Shown: positions 18,716 through 29,103 of the stretch, one piece after another
Numbering within the stretch: the stretch's first letter is position 1
How the letters are laid out: each line of letters starts with the position of its first letter
Program-made: the position numbers and the translations under genes
Source: Bacteroidota bacterium
GTDB lineage: Bacteria; Bacteroidota; Bacteroidia; Flavobacteriales; Weeksellaceae
Direction: 5' to 3'
DNA: 40,496 nucleotides
Assembly (NCBI GenBank): GCA_023388015.1
Contig: JAEWHB010000225.1
Span: 1 to 40,496, forward strand
Notes under the pieces: model-generated
What the model was told of the DNA's origin: nothing
Database searches by the model: none
Seen by the model: the letters and a program-made list of their open reading frames with translations, nothing else

Positions 18716-21493
18716 TTAATCCATTATTAATTCTTCGTTACAACTTCTTTTGATACAATTCCATCCGGTTCTGAAATCTTCCAATCCGGGCGTTAAACCT
18801 CTGTACAATTCGACACAAGCCTTTTCGGTGTTGTAAATCACCATTCCGTCTATGGGGTCAAGGGCATCTCTTTGTGTGGTATTCATGTGCGTAAGTACCA
18901 ATCCTTTTGTTGCCGCATCCAGTACCAGGTATCCGTTGGGAACGCTTTCCGGCCATCCGGTAACGGTGGTTTCGGCTTTGGTAAGGATTCCGACTTTGCT
19001 GAAACCAGCGGGTGCGCCTGCTGATGCGGGTTTGACACAAGGACAAATCACACGGTTCATGCCGTATCCGCTGCCCGACATACTGGTAATGCTCACCACA
19101 TTTTGGGTTGCGGTGATGGTATTGGTGTCGCCCGAATTCCAGGTAATGGTATTGAGGGTATTTCCATTGAATAGTTCAAGTGGAAATAAGGGTCCGCCCG
19201 AAACTTTACTTCCCAAAAGCGCAATGGTTCCATCGGGATTGATGATGACCCTGATGAGTGGGTTTTCGGCAGTTCCTTCCATTTCCCAGATGTCTTCGGT
19301 GTCGATTTCGTATTGATCTCCGTCCAGAAAGCGAACGTTGATACCGGCCGTTCCGTCTGATTGGAATTCAATTTCCTGCGTAGCTATGTTGACGCCATTG
19401 ATTTCAAGGTTAAAAGAATTGTCAAGTTCATAAATGTCGAGTACAAATCCGTAATTGGTGGCAGGTTGATTAAATTCCTGGACAACGGAGGATACTTCAC
19501 CATCTTCATAATACCAACTGAAATCCTCTCCTTCCACCGGTTCCGTACAAATATCTGTACAGGCATTAAAGGTACTATCGTAGGCAGATCCCGGTCCGAA
19601 ACCACCATTGGCCGCGAGGGGAATTCCGTTTTCATCTTCAGGTCCGGCGATGCTTCCGTCGGGATTGAGTTGTTCCGGGGTCAGGTAGCCGTTTGCTTCA
19701 AGTGCATCGGGACAACCGTCCCCATCTGAATCCAAATCCAGTTCGTTTGGAATGCCGTCGCCGTCTGTATCGACAAACAGAGGCAGGTCTTCGCAGAAAT
19801 TCTGAAAGCGGACTCTCTGGTCATTAAAGCTTCCACCGGTTGAGGCGGTATATCCGTAATGAACCAATTTATTGGTTTCAGAAGCAGGAATATTAAAATA
19901 GGTCTGGCAGAAATCATCCAATGAACCGCTGTGTGTATAGGTTCCGGCATTGGTTCCGTTGACGGTATAAGAAAGGGTTCTGCTGGCTGCATTCCATGAG
20001 ATTTCTACATTTTTCCAATTGCCGTCTTCCAGATTTCCCAGACTGATTGCATTGGTAAGATTTGAAAAGGAGGAGAATTCACCCGAAGTCACTATTGAAT
20101 CATCTGTGTCCCAGATCATCCCATGGTCATCCGGGATATCCATTGAGGTAGTGCCATTTGCCCAGGTATCGAGTTCTAAGGCAATTCCATACTGAATGCC
20201 TGCAGCGCCCAGTCCGATTCCTACTGCACCTACTGCCGATGTTCCGGCGGGGCTGTTGTGGAAAACGCAGGCGATTCCGTCGGCACCTGTTGCATCCAAA
20301 GTTCCTAAATTGGCTTCAAAACGTATGGTGAAATCTTCTGCGAAATTTATTTTGCTGAATGACCACATGGAACCACTTTCATTGCCGGTCGCATCGGTAA
20401 GTCTTACTTCATTGTCCGGAATGCCTGAACTTCCTCCGCTTTCCGCGGTACCGTTGAGTTGGAACAAATCATTTAATCCTGCATTTGCCAATCCTCTTTC
20501 TTCACAATCGGGAATTCCGTCATTGTCGGAATCCAGGTCAATGGGTTCCGCTACCGTTACGGTTATCCATTTCGGGGATGAAGTACCGGGTGAGAGGTTT
20601 CCGTCCAGGGTAAAATCATCCTGAATGGTATAGGGAATACTGGCTGTTCCTACAAATCCGTTTACGGGTACAAAAGTTACGTCCCCCGTTGTGTGGTTTA
20701 CCGTCCATATTCCATCTGCTGTGGTTATGGAAGCTTGAATTCCGGGGGTAGACGGATCCAGATCAATGGTACTGATGACTAAGTTTTGTCCGGCGTCATA
20801 TTCTACCGCACCCTCCATCACATTGACCGTTGCATTTTGGTTGTAGGCTATGGTAATATTTTTGTCTTCGGTAACGGGTACGGTATTGATGGAATTCAAA
20901 GTAACCGAAATATTTACCGATTCATAAGAAGAGCCGACGGCATTGTTGCCCGGATAAAAAGCCAGCTGCATGGAACTGCTTTCCGCTATAAATTTTAAGC
21001 GGTTGGTTCCCCAGGCGCCAAAAGTATCTCTGTTGATAGATGTGACATTGACGCGCGGATAAGTACCGACCTGAAAATCAAATTTATCGATGTAACTGGG
21101 GCTATAAGGCCCTACGGCTGTGAGGCTGTAAACCACTACTTCGTATTCTCTGCCTGCTACCAATCCGGTAAGATTGGTTCCGACCGATTCTTCTGTTCCA
21201 CCGGCTCCGATGTCCCGAATCACGATCCAATAAGTATGTCCGTTGGGAGGTAATGCCAAGGGCGCATTTGTCCAAAGGGTTCCGCCTCCTGTGGTTCCTG
21301 AAGTGGCAGGTCTGTTGCGATCCGAAATATCGGGCGTTCCTCCAAAATCAAACCAGTTGGCAGGTGCACAATCCCAACAGGGAAAAGGCGTACTGCCCGG
21401 AACATTGGTGGGTGAAATAAGTTGGGCCGATATGTTGGTACAGAATACCGTTAGGATTATAGTAATTAATCGAAAGAGATAAGGGTTCAACAT
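18716..21493 (-). CDS. Secreted multidomain adhesin-like protein (Ig/CshA-like repeat, L-type lectin-like domain, TSP3-like Ca-binding repeats)
   Basis: Signal peptide; [22 protein letters not shown] (legume-lectin-like); DSDNDGIPD and [22 protein letters not shown]; Cys-bounded C-terminal domain. No type A T9SS CTD visible. Confidence 0.7.
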   Translation of the reverse strand: MLNPYLFRLITIILTVFCTNISAQLISPTNVPGSTPFPCWDCAPANWFDFGGTPDISDRNRPATSGTTGGGTLWTNAPLALPPNGHTYWIVIRDIGAGGTEESVGTNLTGLVAGREYEVVVYSLTAVGPYSPSYIDKFDFQVGTYPRVNVTSINRDTFGAWGTNRLKFIAESSSMQLAFYPGNNAVGSSYESVNISVTLNSINTVPVTEDKNITIAYNQNATVNVMEGAVEYDAGQNLVISTIDLDPSTPGIQASITTADGIWTVNHTTGDVTFVPVNGFVGTASIPYTIQDDFTLDGNLSPGTSSPKWITVTVAEPIDLDSDNDGIPDCEERGLANAGLNDLFQLNGTAESGGSSGIPDNEVRLTDATGNESGSMWSFSKINFAEDFTIRFEANLGTLDATGADGIACVFHNSPAGTSAVGAVGIGLGAAGIQYGIALELDTWANGTTSMDIPDDHGMIWDTDDSIVTSGEFSSFSNLTNAISLGNLEDGNWKNVEISWNAASRTLSYTVNGTNAGTYTHSGSLDDFCQTYFNIPASETNKLVHYGYTASTGGSFNDQRVRFQNFCEDLPLFVDTDGDGIPNELDLDSDGDGCPDALEANGYLTPEQLNPDGSIAGPEDENGIPLAANGGFGPGSAYDSTFNACTDICTEPVEGEDFSWYYEDGEVSSVVQEFNQPATNYGFVLDIYELDNSFNLEINGVNIATQEIEFQSDGTAGINVRFLDGDQYEIDTEDIWEMEGTAENPLIRVIINPDGTIALLGSKVSGGPLFPLELFNGNTLNTITWNSGDTNTITATQNVVSITSMSGSGYGMNRVICPCVKPASAGAPAGFSKVGILTKAETTVTGWPESVPNGYLVLDAATKGLVLTHMNTTQRDALDPIDGMVIYNTEKACVELYRGLTPGLEDFRTGWNCIKRSCNEELIMD

Positions 21494-21569
21494 GGGTCAT
21501 GTAATTTAAATTCGTAGTGATTTTAATTCCAATTCCGGTTCCTCTGAAGGCCGGCATTTTAAATTTCTG

Positions 21570-21577
21570 CGAATTTA
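21570..21577 (-). promoter_or_regulatory. Possible -7 promoter element (TAAATTCG)
   Basis: One mismatch to TAnnTTTG, about 77 bp upstream of the adhesin start. Confidence 0.4.
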
Positions 21578-21657
21578 TCGGACTGATTTTACCTAAAAAA
21601 GAAAACCATGTACCGATTTCCCTAAAATGGTAAACAAAAAAAGGAGCTTAAAAAGCT

Positions 21658-23250
21658 CTAAACCAGACTGTTGTGATTTGCATCTTCTTCGATGTATTGG
21701 ATAAAGGAAGAAGGCGAAATAGACGTAACTTTCTTGAAAACCGTTGAGAATTTATTCTGAGAAGAGAAGCCCGATTCTTCGGCCAAAGTGGCGATTTTGT
21801 ATTTTCTGTACATCGGATCGTTTCTTAGTTTTCTGATGATGTAATTAATTCTCAGTTCGTTTATGTAATTATTGAAATCCTGCTTTTTATGGGTGTTGAT
21901 CACATAAGAAAGGTATTTGGAGTTGGTTTCACAATAAGTTGCGAGATACGAAAGTGAAATACTGTTCTGGGTATAGAGTCCGGATTTTTCAAACTTTTCA
22001 AGCTTGTTTAATAATTTTTCTTCGGTCAACCGGGTCATCATACTTGAGACTTCCTGTTCCTCATTGATTTCCGGGTTAGCGGATGCTGAAATTTCCAGAA
22101 TTGAATTTGAATTTTCTTCAAAACTTCCATTGTCCTGTTCTTCTAATTTCGTCAATATTTCCCGGATCTTGTTCATTTTCTTTCTTTGTGCCTGACGGTA
22201 AAGCGCAAACAAAACCAGACCTATCAGAAAAACAATTAGCAAACCGGTAAGCAATCGGTTTTTCACATCTACTTTTTCCTTTATAGAGGTATTTTCTTTA
22301 TCGATTTCTGAAAAGGAACGATTTAAAATAGTGGATTTCTTTTGGGCAATCTGCTCCGCTACCGAATCTTTCCTGATGGTGGCTTGGGAGAGTTTTTCAA
22401 TGTCCTGGGTCATTAGAAAATATTGCTGAGAAGTTTTGTAAACTTCATTTTTCAACTCCAGGTAACTGGAATTATCGGCAATTCTTCTTGCTTCCTGAAG
22501 GTGTTCATTTGCATTTTCGAGGTCAGTTTCTACTAAATAAACATTTGCAATTCCGTTGTGAATCAGTCCCTTTACATAATTCGCCGGATTGTCGCCATAG
22601 GTATCCAGTGCCTTTTCATAATGGATCATGGCGGAATCCATTTTTTTCAGTCCGAAGTAATTGACGCCTATAAGTTGTTGATTTTGTGCAATTAAATAAT
22701 CACGATTGGCATTTATTTTTTCGAAATGCTGATGGGCCAATTTTAAATAACCAATGGCTTTCCGGTAATTTTTCTGCGTGTTTTCATTGAACGCCATCTC
22801 TTGCAAAAGCAATCCCATGGTGCTGTGGCTCAGTTCTTTTTCAGAAATTTTTTCGGCAAACCCAAAGGCAAGGTCCGAATATTTTTTGGATTGACTGTAG
22901 AGACCTATTAAACGGTACTGCGTAGCCAAAAACCCATAAACCCTTGAAATCCAAACATAATCTTGTGTTTGCGTAATTATTTTTTCACTTTTCAAAGCGA
23001 AATCAATTGCCGTATTCAAATCTCCGGATTGTTGGTACAAGGAAGCCGAAAGCATCAGACTTTTGGTCTTGAACAAGGCGGTTTCAGAAATGACGAATAA
23101 GGAATCTGCTATTTGAAGTGCTTTGTCAAAATCCTTCTGAGCGGTTTCAACATAGGTTTTGGTATAAATCTCATTAAAATCCTTTGGATTTTGAGCGTTG
23201 GCAATGGAAAACAATAAAATAAAAACGGGGAATAACCTATTCATGTACAT
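21658..23250 (-). CDS. Membrane-anchored TPR-AraC transcriptional regulator
   Basis: Signal peptide, TPR-like helices, TM (LLTGLLIVFLIGLVLFALY), AraC HTH (TNSKYLSYVIN...FNNYINELRI...LAEESGFSSQNKFSTVFKK). Confidence 0.9.
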   Translation of the reverse strand: MYMNRLFPVFILLFSIANAQNPKDFNEIYTKTYVETAQKDFDKALQIADSLFVISETALFKTKSLMLSASLYQQSGDLNTAIDFALKSEKIITQTQDYVWISRVYGFLATQYRLIGLYSQSKKYSDLAFGFAEKISEKELSHSTMGLLLQEMAFNENTQKNYRKAIGYLKLAHQHFEKINANRDYLIAQNQQLIGVNYFGLKKMDSAMIHYEKALDTYGDNPANYVKGLIHNGIANVYLVETDLENANEHLQEARRIADNSSYLELKNEVYKTSQQYFLMTQDIEKLSQATIRKDSVAEQIAQKKSTILNRSFSEIDKENTSIKEKVDVKNRLLTGLLIVFLIGLVLFALYRQAQRKKMNKIREILTKLEEQDNGSFEENSNSILEISASANPEINEEQEVSSMMTRLTEEKLLNKLEKFEKSGLYTQNSISLSYLATYCETNSKYLSYVINTHKKQDFNNYINELRINYIIRKLRNDPMYRKYKIATLAEESGFSSQNKFSTVFKKVTSISPSSFIQYIEEDANHNSLV

Positions 23251-23289
23251 GAATCTTAAAAAACTTTAATTTAATAGGTTAAGGAAAAA

Positions 23290-23297
23290 CAAATTTA
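23290..23297 (-). promoter_or_regulatory. -7 promoter element (TAAATTTG)
   Basis: Exact TAnnTTTG 40 bp upstream of 23250. Confidence 0.55.
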
Positions 23298-23569
23298 GGA
23301 TTAATCTGTTGGATGTAAAGTTTAATTAGGGTTTAATATTAAAAATTCGGGAGATTTTATTTATCGTTTTCGTGAAAATGGTACAGCTGTAACAAATTGT
23401 GATGCAGACAAACTTCTTCCTGACACTGAATTATCTACCCATTTATTTATGAAATGAACCCTTGGAAATTTGGGCTTAATACATTCAGCCTAAATATTTT
23501 GTAAAATAAAACCCGTTTTCATCTTTTGATAATTATTGAGAGAATCCGTATTCAAAGCCTTGAAAATAC

Positions 23570-23577
23570 TATCTTTG
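23570..23577 (+). promoter_or_regulatory. -7 promoter element (TATCTTTG)
   Basis: Exact TAnnTTTG ending 17 bp before ATG 23595; supports that start over the TTG at 23526. Confidence 0.6.
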
Positions 23578-23594
23578 TTTTGCATACCAATCAG

Positions 23595-25016
23595 ATGTTT
23601 AAACATTGCTTTCTTTTTCTCTACCTTTTTTTGGCTTGTCTGGTTTTTGGGCAAACCGAATCAGATAAACTTTTGGAACAAGCCCATGAGATCGTATATT
23701 CGGATCCGCTGGAAGCCAAACGAATTTCTGATCACATCCTTAAAATCGGTAAGAACGAGAAAACAATTGCAGATGCCTATTATGTTCAGGCGGTTTCATT
23801 TTATGTAATGGGCCAATATGGGAAAGCGCTTGAATATGCATTTTCTTCGAAAAATAAGGCCCAATCCAAAGGACTTTCAGAAATTGAAAACAAAAGCAGG
23901 GAATTAATAGGTCGCACCCTGAAACTTCTGGATTTGAATGTACCGGAGGGTTTGCAAGCCAAAAATCAGGACGACATTGAAGCTGCTTTCCTGGCAGAAG
24001 ACTTGCTGCATAAAGCCAACATCAGCCTGATTCAAAATCAAAAAGATTCCGTTTTTTATTATACCGAAAAAGCAAAAAACGCATTCCAATCGGCTTCTCC
24101 CGGCTGGACGACCGCATTGTATTTAAAGTTGAAGGGCGAATACTTCTTTAATGAACAGCAATTGGATTCCTCCATTTTGAATTATGCGAAATCCCTGGAA
24201 ATCGCCAAGAAAATCAATAATCCGATTATTTTGCGGGAAGTCAATCAAAAGCTCGCCAACAGCTATCTGGCTATGGATAGTGTCGCAAAATTTCAAGCCT
24301 ATACCCAACAGGCACAAAATTTAAGTCCGGAAATTTCAAAAAAGGAAAATGAAGCGTCCAATTCGGCGCATATGCTCATCAGCAATGATTTTGACCAACA
24401 TCATTTAAAATTGACAAATAATTACCTGACGGCTCTTTACGTTGTTTTGGGTTTATTTATGTTGGCAGTTTTGATCAAATTGGTTTTTTATTTTCGCAAT
24501 CGCAACAAAATCAAAATGTACCAAAACCTTTTTGATTATTTCAACCGTCAGAAAAATGCCGAACCTGCCGTGATAAACGAAATTCAAACAGAAAAAGCGG
24601 AAGTACAGAAAACGCCTGTTTTATTGAAGGAAAGTGAAAACCAAATATTGCAAGGACTGGAAAAGTTTGAAGCGGGCAAGAAGTTCACCAACAAAGATAT
24701 GTCGCTCGGGATGCTTGCTGCACAGCTCAACACCAATACCAAATACCTTTCTGATGTTATCAACCGCCAGAAACATAAAAATTTCAATTCGTACATCAAC
24801 GAACTGAGAATCAATTATATAACTGAAAAAATCAAAACCGACCCGAATTACCTGAATTTCAAAGTGAGTTACCTGGCTGAAGAATGTGGTTTTTCTTCGC
24901 ACAGTACTTTCACGACTGTTTTTAAATCAATAGTGGGCGTTTCGCCGATTATGTTTGTAGAATTTGTGAGAGATGAAGCCAGAAGAGAAAAATTAGAATT
25001 GGTTTTAAATGAATAA
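23595..25016 (+). CDS. Membrane-anchored TPR-AraC transcriptional regulator
   Basis: Signal peptide MFKHCFLFLYLFLACLVFG|Q, TPR-like region, TM, AraC HTH (TNTKYLSDVIN...LAEECGFSSHSTFTTVFK). Confidence 0.9.
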   Translation: MFKHCFLFLYLFLACLVFGQTESDKLLEQAHEIVYSDPLEAKRISDHILKIGKNEKTIADAYYVQAVSFYVMGQYGKALEYAFSSKNKAQSKGLSEIENKSRELIGRTLKLLDLNVPEGLQAKNQDDIEAAFLAEDLLHKANISLIQNQKDSVFYYTEKAKNAFQSASPGWTTALYLKLKGEYFFNEQQLDSSILNYAKSLEIAKKINNPIILREVNQKLANSYLAMDSVAKFQAYTQQAQNLSPEISKKENEASNSAHMLISNDFDQHHLKLTNNYLTALYVVLGLFMLAVLIKLVFYFRNRNKIKMYQNLFDYFNRQKNAEPAVINEIQTEKAEVQKTPVLLKESENQILQGLEKFEAGKKFTNKDMSLGMLAAQLNTNTKYLSDVINRQKHKNFNSYINELRINYITEKIKTDPNYLNFKVSYLAEECGFSSHSTFTTVFKSIVGVSPIMFVEFVRDEARREKLELVLNE

Positions 25017-26136
25017 TCCGATTAAATATAAGTTGATTTTGTGCCTGGTTCTGGTGATTTCTATTTTACAAAATGGTCATTCTCAATCAGATAAAGACAG
25101 CCTATATGATATAGCGGTTATAAGTGTCTATGACAATCCGGATCGGTCCATAGAGCTTGCCAACAAAATTTTTGAAGACAATCCATCCCATCCGGAAATG
25201 CAGATCAAAGCACTTTTGGTTTTGTCCAATGCTTATGCTTCGAAACGTGATTATGAAAAATCATTGGAATTTGCTCTCCAAACCACTGAAATCAACAAAA
25301 AACTTGACAATCCCAAACTGAACCTGGAAATCCTCAATAAAATCGCTGCCCAATACCACGAATTGGGCGTAAATGAAAAGGCGCTTGAAGTTTTGGATGA
25401 AGCTGATTTAATCGCCAAAAACTATCCGGAAAAGGATTCAATCGGATTTATCATGGGAAATAATTTCGCAATCCGCGGATTTATTTACCGGGAGCAGTTG
25501 AGTTGTGACATCGCGATTGATTACCTCAACAAGGCTTATCATTCCTATTTAAAGGTACCTCAAACTGCCAGAAGTTGGGCCAACAGAAGCGTAACCAGTT
25601 ATAACAAAGGGAATTGCTTTATTTCCCTCAATCAATTGGATTCTGCCAAAATCAGTTTCAGGGATTCAAAAGAACTGGCAGAAAAATCCAAAGCCAAAAG
25701 TTTAATGGCCTTTGCCCAAAAGGGATTGGCGGAAGTTTATACATTGGAAAGCCGATATGAAGAAGCCATTTCTGAATTGGAAAACGCCCGGGATTTGAAC
25801 AAAGATGTGGGTGATCTGGTTTTGAATCGGGGAATTTACAAAGGGCTGTCTGAGAATTATTTAGCATTAAAAGATTGGGATAATTATAATCTTTACGATG
25901 AAAAATTTGCAGAGACGGAAAAACAAATCAAAATCAACGAGCGAAAGACCATCAACAATCTGCTTCAAAATCATTCTGATGAAATCAGTAAAAAGGAAGC
26001 GCATATCAAGTGGAAATTTGGCACCGGAATTCTTATCGGACTGATTGGTTTTCTTTTGGTTTTTTGTAGCATCATTTGGGGAGAATTCAAATTCCGGAAA
26101 TCATTTAACCGGCTGAAATCCCAAATCAAATTGTAA
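25009..26136 (+). CDS. TPR protein with signal peptide and C-terminal TM, no AraC domain
   Basis: TPR-like helices, TM GTGILIGLIGFLLVFCSIIW, short basic tail; overlaps the upstream gene by 8 bp. Confidence 0.85.
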   Translation: MNNPIKYKLILCLVLVISILQNGHSQSDKDSLYDIAVISVYDNPDRSIELANKIFEDNPSHPEMQIKALLVLSNAYASKRDYEKSLEFALQTTEINKKLDNPKLNLEILNKIAAQYHELGVNEKALEVLDEADLIAKNYPEKDSIGFIMGNNFAIRGFIYREQLSCDIAIDYLNKAYHSYLKVPQTARSWANRSVTSYNKGNCFISLNQLDSAKISFRDSKELAEKSKAKSLMAFAQKGLAEVYTLESRYEEAISELENARDLNKDVGDLVLNRGIYKGLSENYLALKDWDNYNLYDEKFAETEKQIKINERKTINNLLQNHSDEISKKEAHIKWKFGTGILIGLIGFLLVFCSIIWGEFKFRKSFNRLKSQIKL

Positions 26137-26382
26137 AAATCAGACAGGAATTTCTTCTGAAACGCGCTGATTTTTCTGTAATTTAATTCCTGAAAATCTA
26201 TTTCAAAAAAGGATTGTCAATTTCAGTATTTTAAAATTCAATTGACTGTTTATTAGATATTTACTCCCTCAAATCAACTGTTTTTTTATTTATTATTTCC
26301 CGAATTTCAAAAGGGCTTTTCTTTGATAATAGAAGCGGTAAAATTATTTTCGCATTTATTATTAAAACTAATACAGAAACAA

Positions 26383-28305
26383 ATGAAAAAAATTTTATGC
26401 AGTTTGATGTTGGTTGTCGGCATTTATGGTTTCTCCCAGGTTGAGTACAAAGTACTGGAAGGGTTTGGAGTTGCCATTTATGACATCAACAACCAAGGGA
26501 AAGGAGTTCATGGAAATGGCTATTACGATTTCGCAACGAATTCTTCCAATGCGCCGGAGTCGGGTGTGACCGAAACAAAGTCTATCAACGACGCCAATCA
26601 GATTTTGGGTATGTATAACGGAACTCCTGCTTTCAAAAACACAGATACCTGGACAGCGTTTACAAATCTGGACGATAATTACACTTATACTTTGTATGAT
26701 ATTTCTGAAAACGGAATCTACGCTGTGGGCCAAACTTCAAATGATAATTTCGAATCATGGCCTTTTATTTACAATATCCAGACGCAGACACTTACGGTTC
26801 TTTCAAGTCCTTTGTATGAATATGGTGCTGCTTACGGTGTGAATAACAACGGAATTGCTGTGGGATGGATGGATGATCTACCAGTCGGAACATGGAGAAT
26901 GCCTGCTTATTTTGATGAAGACGGAACCATTACCTTGATTTCAGAAGATGGAGGTGAGGCCAGTGCCATTAATGAAAGTAACGTCATTGTGGGTGGTTTT
27001 GACAGTGCGCCTTTTATATTTGATATGGCTTCGGGAGATTTGACCAATATTTCTTATCCGTCTGATTTATTTTCCGCAACCTTTACTGATATTTCTGAAA
27101 GCGGAATTGCTATTGGTTACGGAATCAAAGCCGGATTTTCAAGAGATCCTTTGCTTTATCATCCCAATTTGGGCGTAGATGCGATTAAGCTTGTGGACAT
27201 CCTTGCACAATTTGGAATCGACGCATCAACCCTTGTAGGTACAGCTTATAGAATTTCTTCAGACGGAAATTATGTATCAGGATGGGGAGATGGACCCGCT
27301 TTTATGGCACCGGGATGGGCTGTTTATTTTGATGATTTGTTGTTGATGGAATCTGAATGTCAGTTAGAATGTCCTTCCAATATCGTTTTAGATGCAGAAT
27401 TGGGTCAAACAGAAATGATTGTGGACTATGAAATCACATTCAGTTGTGAAAACGAAACGCCAGAAGGAACAGCGATCGTATTGGTCAACGGATTGCCTTC
27501 CGGTTCAGCATTTCCACTTGGGACTACCGTCGTTTACCACCAGCTTGTTGATGGTGAAGGGAATGTAATGGACTCTTGTAGTTTTACCGTTACCATTAAT
27601 GATCCTTATTGTACCACTACTTACGAATATTATTCAGAACCGATTACTTATGTAGAATTCGCAGGAATTGAGAACCGTACTTCATCTGCTGTCGTTACCA
27701 CGCCATTCAACGAATATTTCCTTGACATGGAAGGTGCTGTCAACCAAGGAGGAAGCTATCCAATCGTATTGGAAGGAAATACAGGAGGTGCCTACCAAAA
27801 CTTCTTTACAGTGTTCATCGACTGGAATCAGGATGGAGACTTCGGAGATGAAAACGAAACCTACGAAATCGGTTCCTTATTTAATTCTACAGGTGAAGAT
27901 GGAAACCAGCTAACCGGAACCATCGAAGTTCCAACCGGAGCGACAGTCGGACAGACGCGTATGAGAGTTGTGAAAAGTTACGGTGCTTCCCCAACAGATC
28001 CTTGTGCCCAATACGAATATGGTCAAACAGAAGATTATACGCTTAATGTAGGTGAACTTGGAATGGGTGATTTGAATGCCGCAGCGTTCAGTTTTTATCC
28101 AAATCCGGTAAAAGATATTTTGACTATTTCTTCTCAAAAATCTGTTGATACGGTAACCGTTTTCAATATGACCGGTCAAAAAATTACAAACCTTAAAACT
28201 TCTTCTCAACAAATCAACATGAGTACATTGCCAAATGGTATTTATGTAATCAAAGTTGAACTTGAAGGAGGTGCGATTGAGACTTTCAAAGTAATAAAGA
28301 AATAG
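26383..28305 (+). CDS. T9SS type A substrate (propeller-like repeats, HYR-like, GEVED domain)
   Basis: Signal MKKILCSL...; 'AYGVNNNG.AVG' and 'ASAINE' repeats; GLPSGSAFPLGTT (HYR-like); VFIDWNQDGDF...TRMRV...GQTEDY (GEVED); YPNPVKD...GIYVIK...KVIKK. Confidence 0.88.
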   Translation: MKKILCSLMLVVGIYGFSQVEYKVLEGFGVAIYDINNQGKGVHGNGYYDFATNSSNAPESGVTETKSINDANQILGMYNGTPAFKNTDTWTAFTNLDDNYTYTLYDISENGIYAVGQTSNDNFESWPFIYNIQTQTLTVLSSPLYEYGAAYGVNNNGIAVGWMDDLPVGTWRMPAYFDEDGTITLISEDGGEASAINESNVIVGGFDSAPFIFDMASGDLTNISYPSDLFSATFTDISESGIAIGYGIKAGFSRDPLLYHPNLGVDAIKLVDILAQFGIDASTLVGTAYRISSDGNYVSGWGDGPAFMAPGWAVYFDDLLLMESECQLECPSNIVLDAELGQTEMIVDYEITFSCENETPEGTAIVLVNGLPSGSAFPLGTTVVYHQLVDGEGNVMDSCSFTVTINDPYCTTTYEYYSEPITYVEFAGIENRTSSAVVTTPFNEYFLDMEGAVNQGGSYPIVLEGNTGGAYQNFFTVFIDWNQDGDFGDENETYEIGSLFNSTGEDGNQLTGTIEVPTGATVGQTRMRVVKSYGASPTDPCAQYEYGQTEDYTLNVGELGMGDLNAAAFSFYPNPVKDILTISSQKSVDTVTVFNMTGQKITNLKTSSQQINMSTLPNGIYVIKVELEGGAIETFKVIKK

Positions 28306-28335
28306 TTTTTTTGAGGGTTGATTGAGATTTTAGTT

Positions 28336-28365
28336 AAAACGCCGGATTTATTCCGGCGTTTTTTT
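28336..28365. terminator. Bidirectional intrinsic terminator
   Basis: AAAACGCCGGA-TTTAT-TCCGGCGTTTTTTT between convergent genes. Confidence 0.85.
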
Positions 28366-28400
28366 ACTGATTATATTTTAAATTGTTGGGATTATTTAAT

Positions 28401-28940
28401 TTAATTCTTGGGTTCATTTAATAAATCAACCAAAACTTCCATCATCTGTTGGTCATCTGCATGAATGGCATAATAATGGGCGATATTTCCGCTTGGGTCA
28501 ATCAGCATATAACGGGGAATCCAGTTCAGACCGATGTAATTGGTGAAATCATTTTTCCAATCAGAATTGAACCAATAATGCTCACCCTGGATACCATATT
28601 TCTCGATTCCGTTTTTCCAGGCCTCTTCTTTACCGATTCTGTCCAATGAGAAAAACAGATAAACAACATCGGGAAACTGTTGCTGAACTTCCTTCAGTTT
28701 TGGCAATCCTTTGATACAATCCGGACACCAAGACGCCCAAACATCCAGCAAAACCACTTTGCCTTCGTACTTTTTAAACACTTCCCCTACGGTCAGTTTA
28801 TTTCCTTCCAAATCCTGAATTCCCTGATTCAAAGCGGTTTCGTCAAATTCGGTTTTAACTTCAGTCGGAACTTCCTGTGCAGCCAAAAAAGCGGAAGAGG
28901 ACAAAAACAAGCAAGCCAAAAATAATTTTTTCATTATCAT
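28401..28940 (-). CDS. TlpA-family thioredoxin-like disulfide reductase
   Basis: Signal peptide; DVWASWCPDC; IPRYMLID. Confidence 0.9.
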   Translation of the reverse strand: MIMKKLFLACLFLSSSAFLAAQEVPTEVKTEFDETALNQGIQDLEGNKLTVGEVFKKYEGKVVLLDVWASWCPDCIKGLPKLKEVQQQFPDVVYLFFSLDRIGKEEAWKNGIEKYGIQGEHYWFNSDWKNDFTNYIGLNWIPRYMLIDPSGNIAHYYAIHADDQQMMEVLVDLLNEPKN

Positions 28941-28983
28941 TTTAATTAAATTCGAGATGAATTTACAAAAACTTGGCCAATTT

Positions 28984-29081
28984 GGGGTTTAAGGTTTCAG
29001 GTTTAAGGTTTAAGGTTTGAAGTTTCAAGTTTGAAGTTTGAAGTTTCAGGTTTAAAGTTTCAGATTTGAAGTTTCAAGTTA
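28984..29081. repeat. Degenerate heptamer tandem repeat (about NARGTTT x14)
   Basis: ggggttt aaggttt caggttt aaggttt aaggttt gaagttt caagttt gaagttt gaagttt caggttt aaagttt cagattt gaagttt caagtta. Confidence 0.92.
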
Positions 29082-29082
29082 G

Positions 29083-29090
29083 TATCTTCG
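29083..29090 (+). promoter_or_regulatory. Probable -7 element of gltX (TATCTTCG)
   Basis: One mismatch to TAnnTTTG, followed by CA, 13 bp before the ATG. Confidence 0.55.
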
Positions 29091-29103
29091 CAAAAAATTA
29101 AGA

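Noticed and set aside
18852..21557. Numerous short alternative-frame and antisense ORFs
   Set aside because: Shadows of the GC-richer 925-aa gene with no recognisable motifs.
23526..23594. N-terminal extension of the TPR-AraC ORF (likewise 26323-26382 and 12060-12104)
   Set aside because: Downstream ATGs give canonical signal peptides or family starts; the 23526 extension contains a promoter element.
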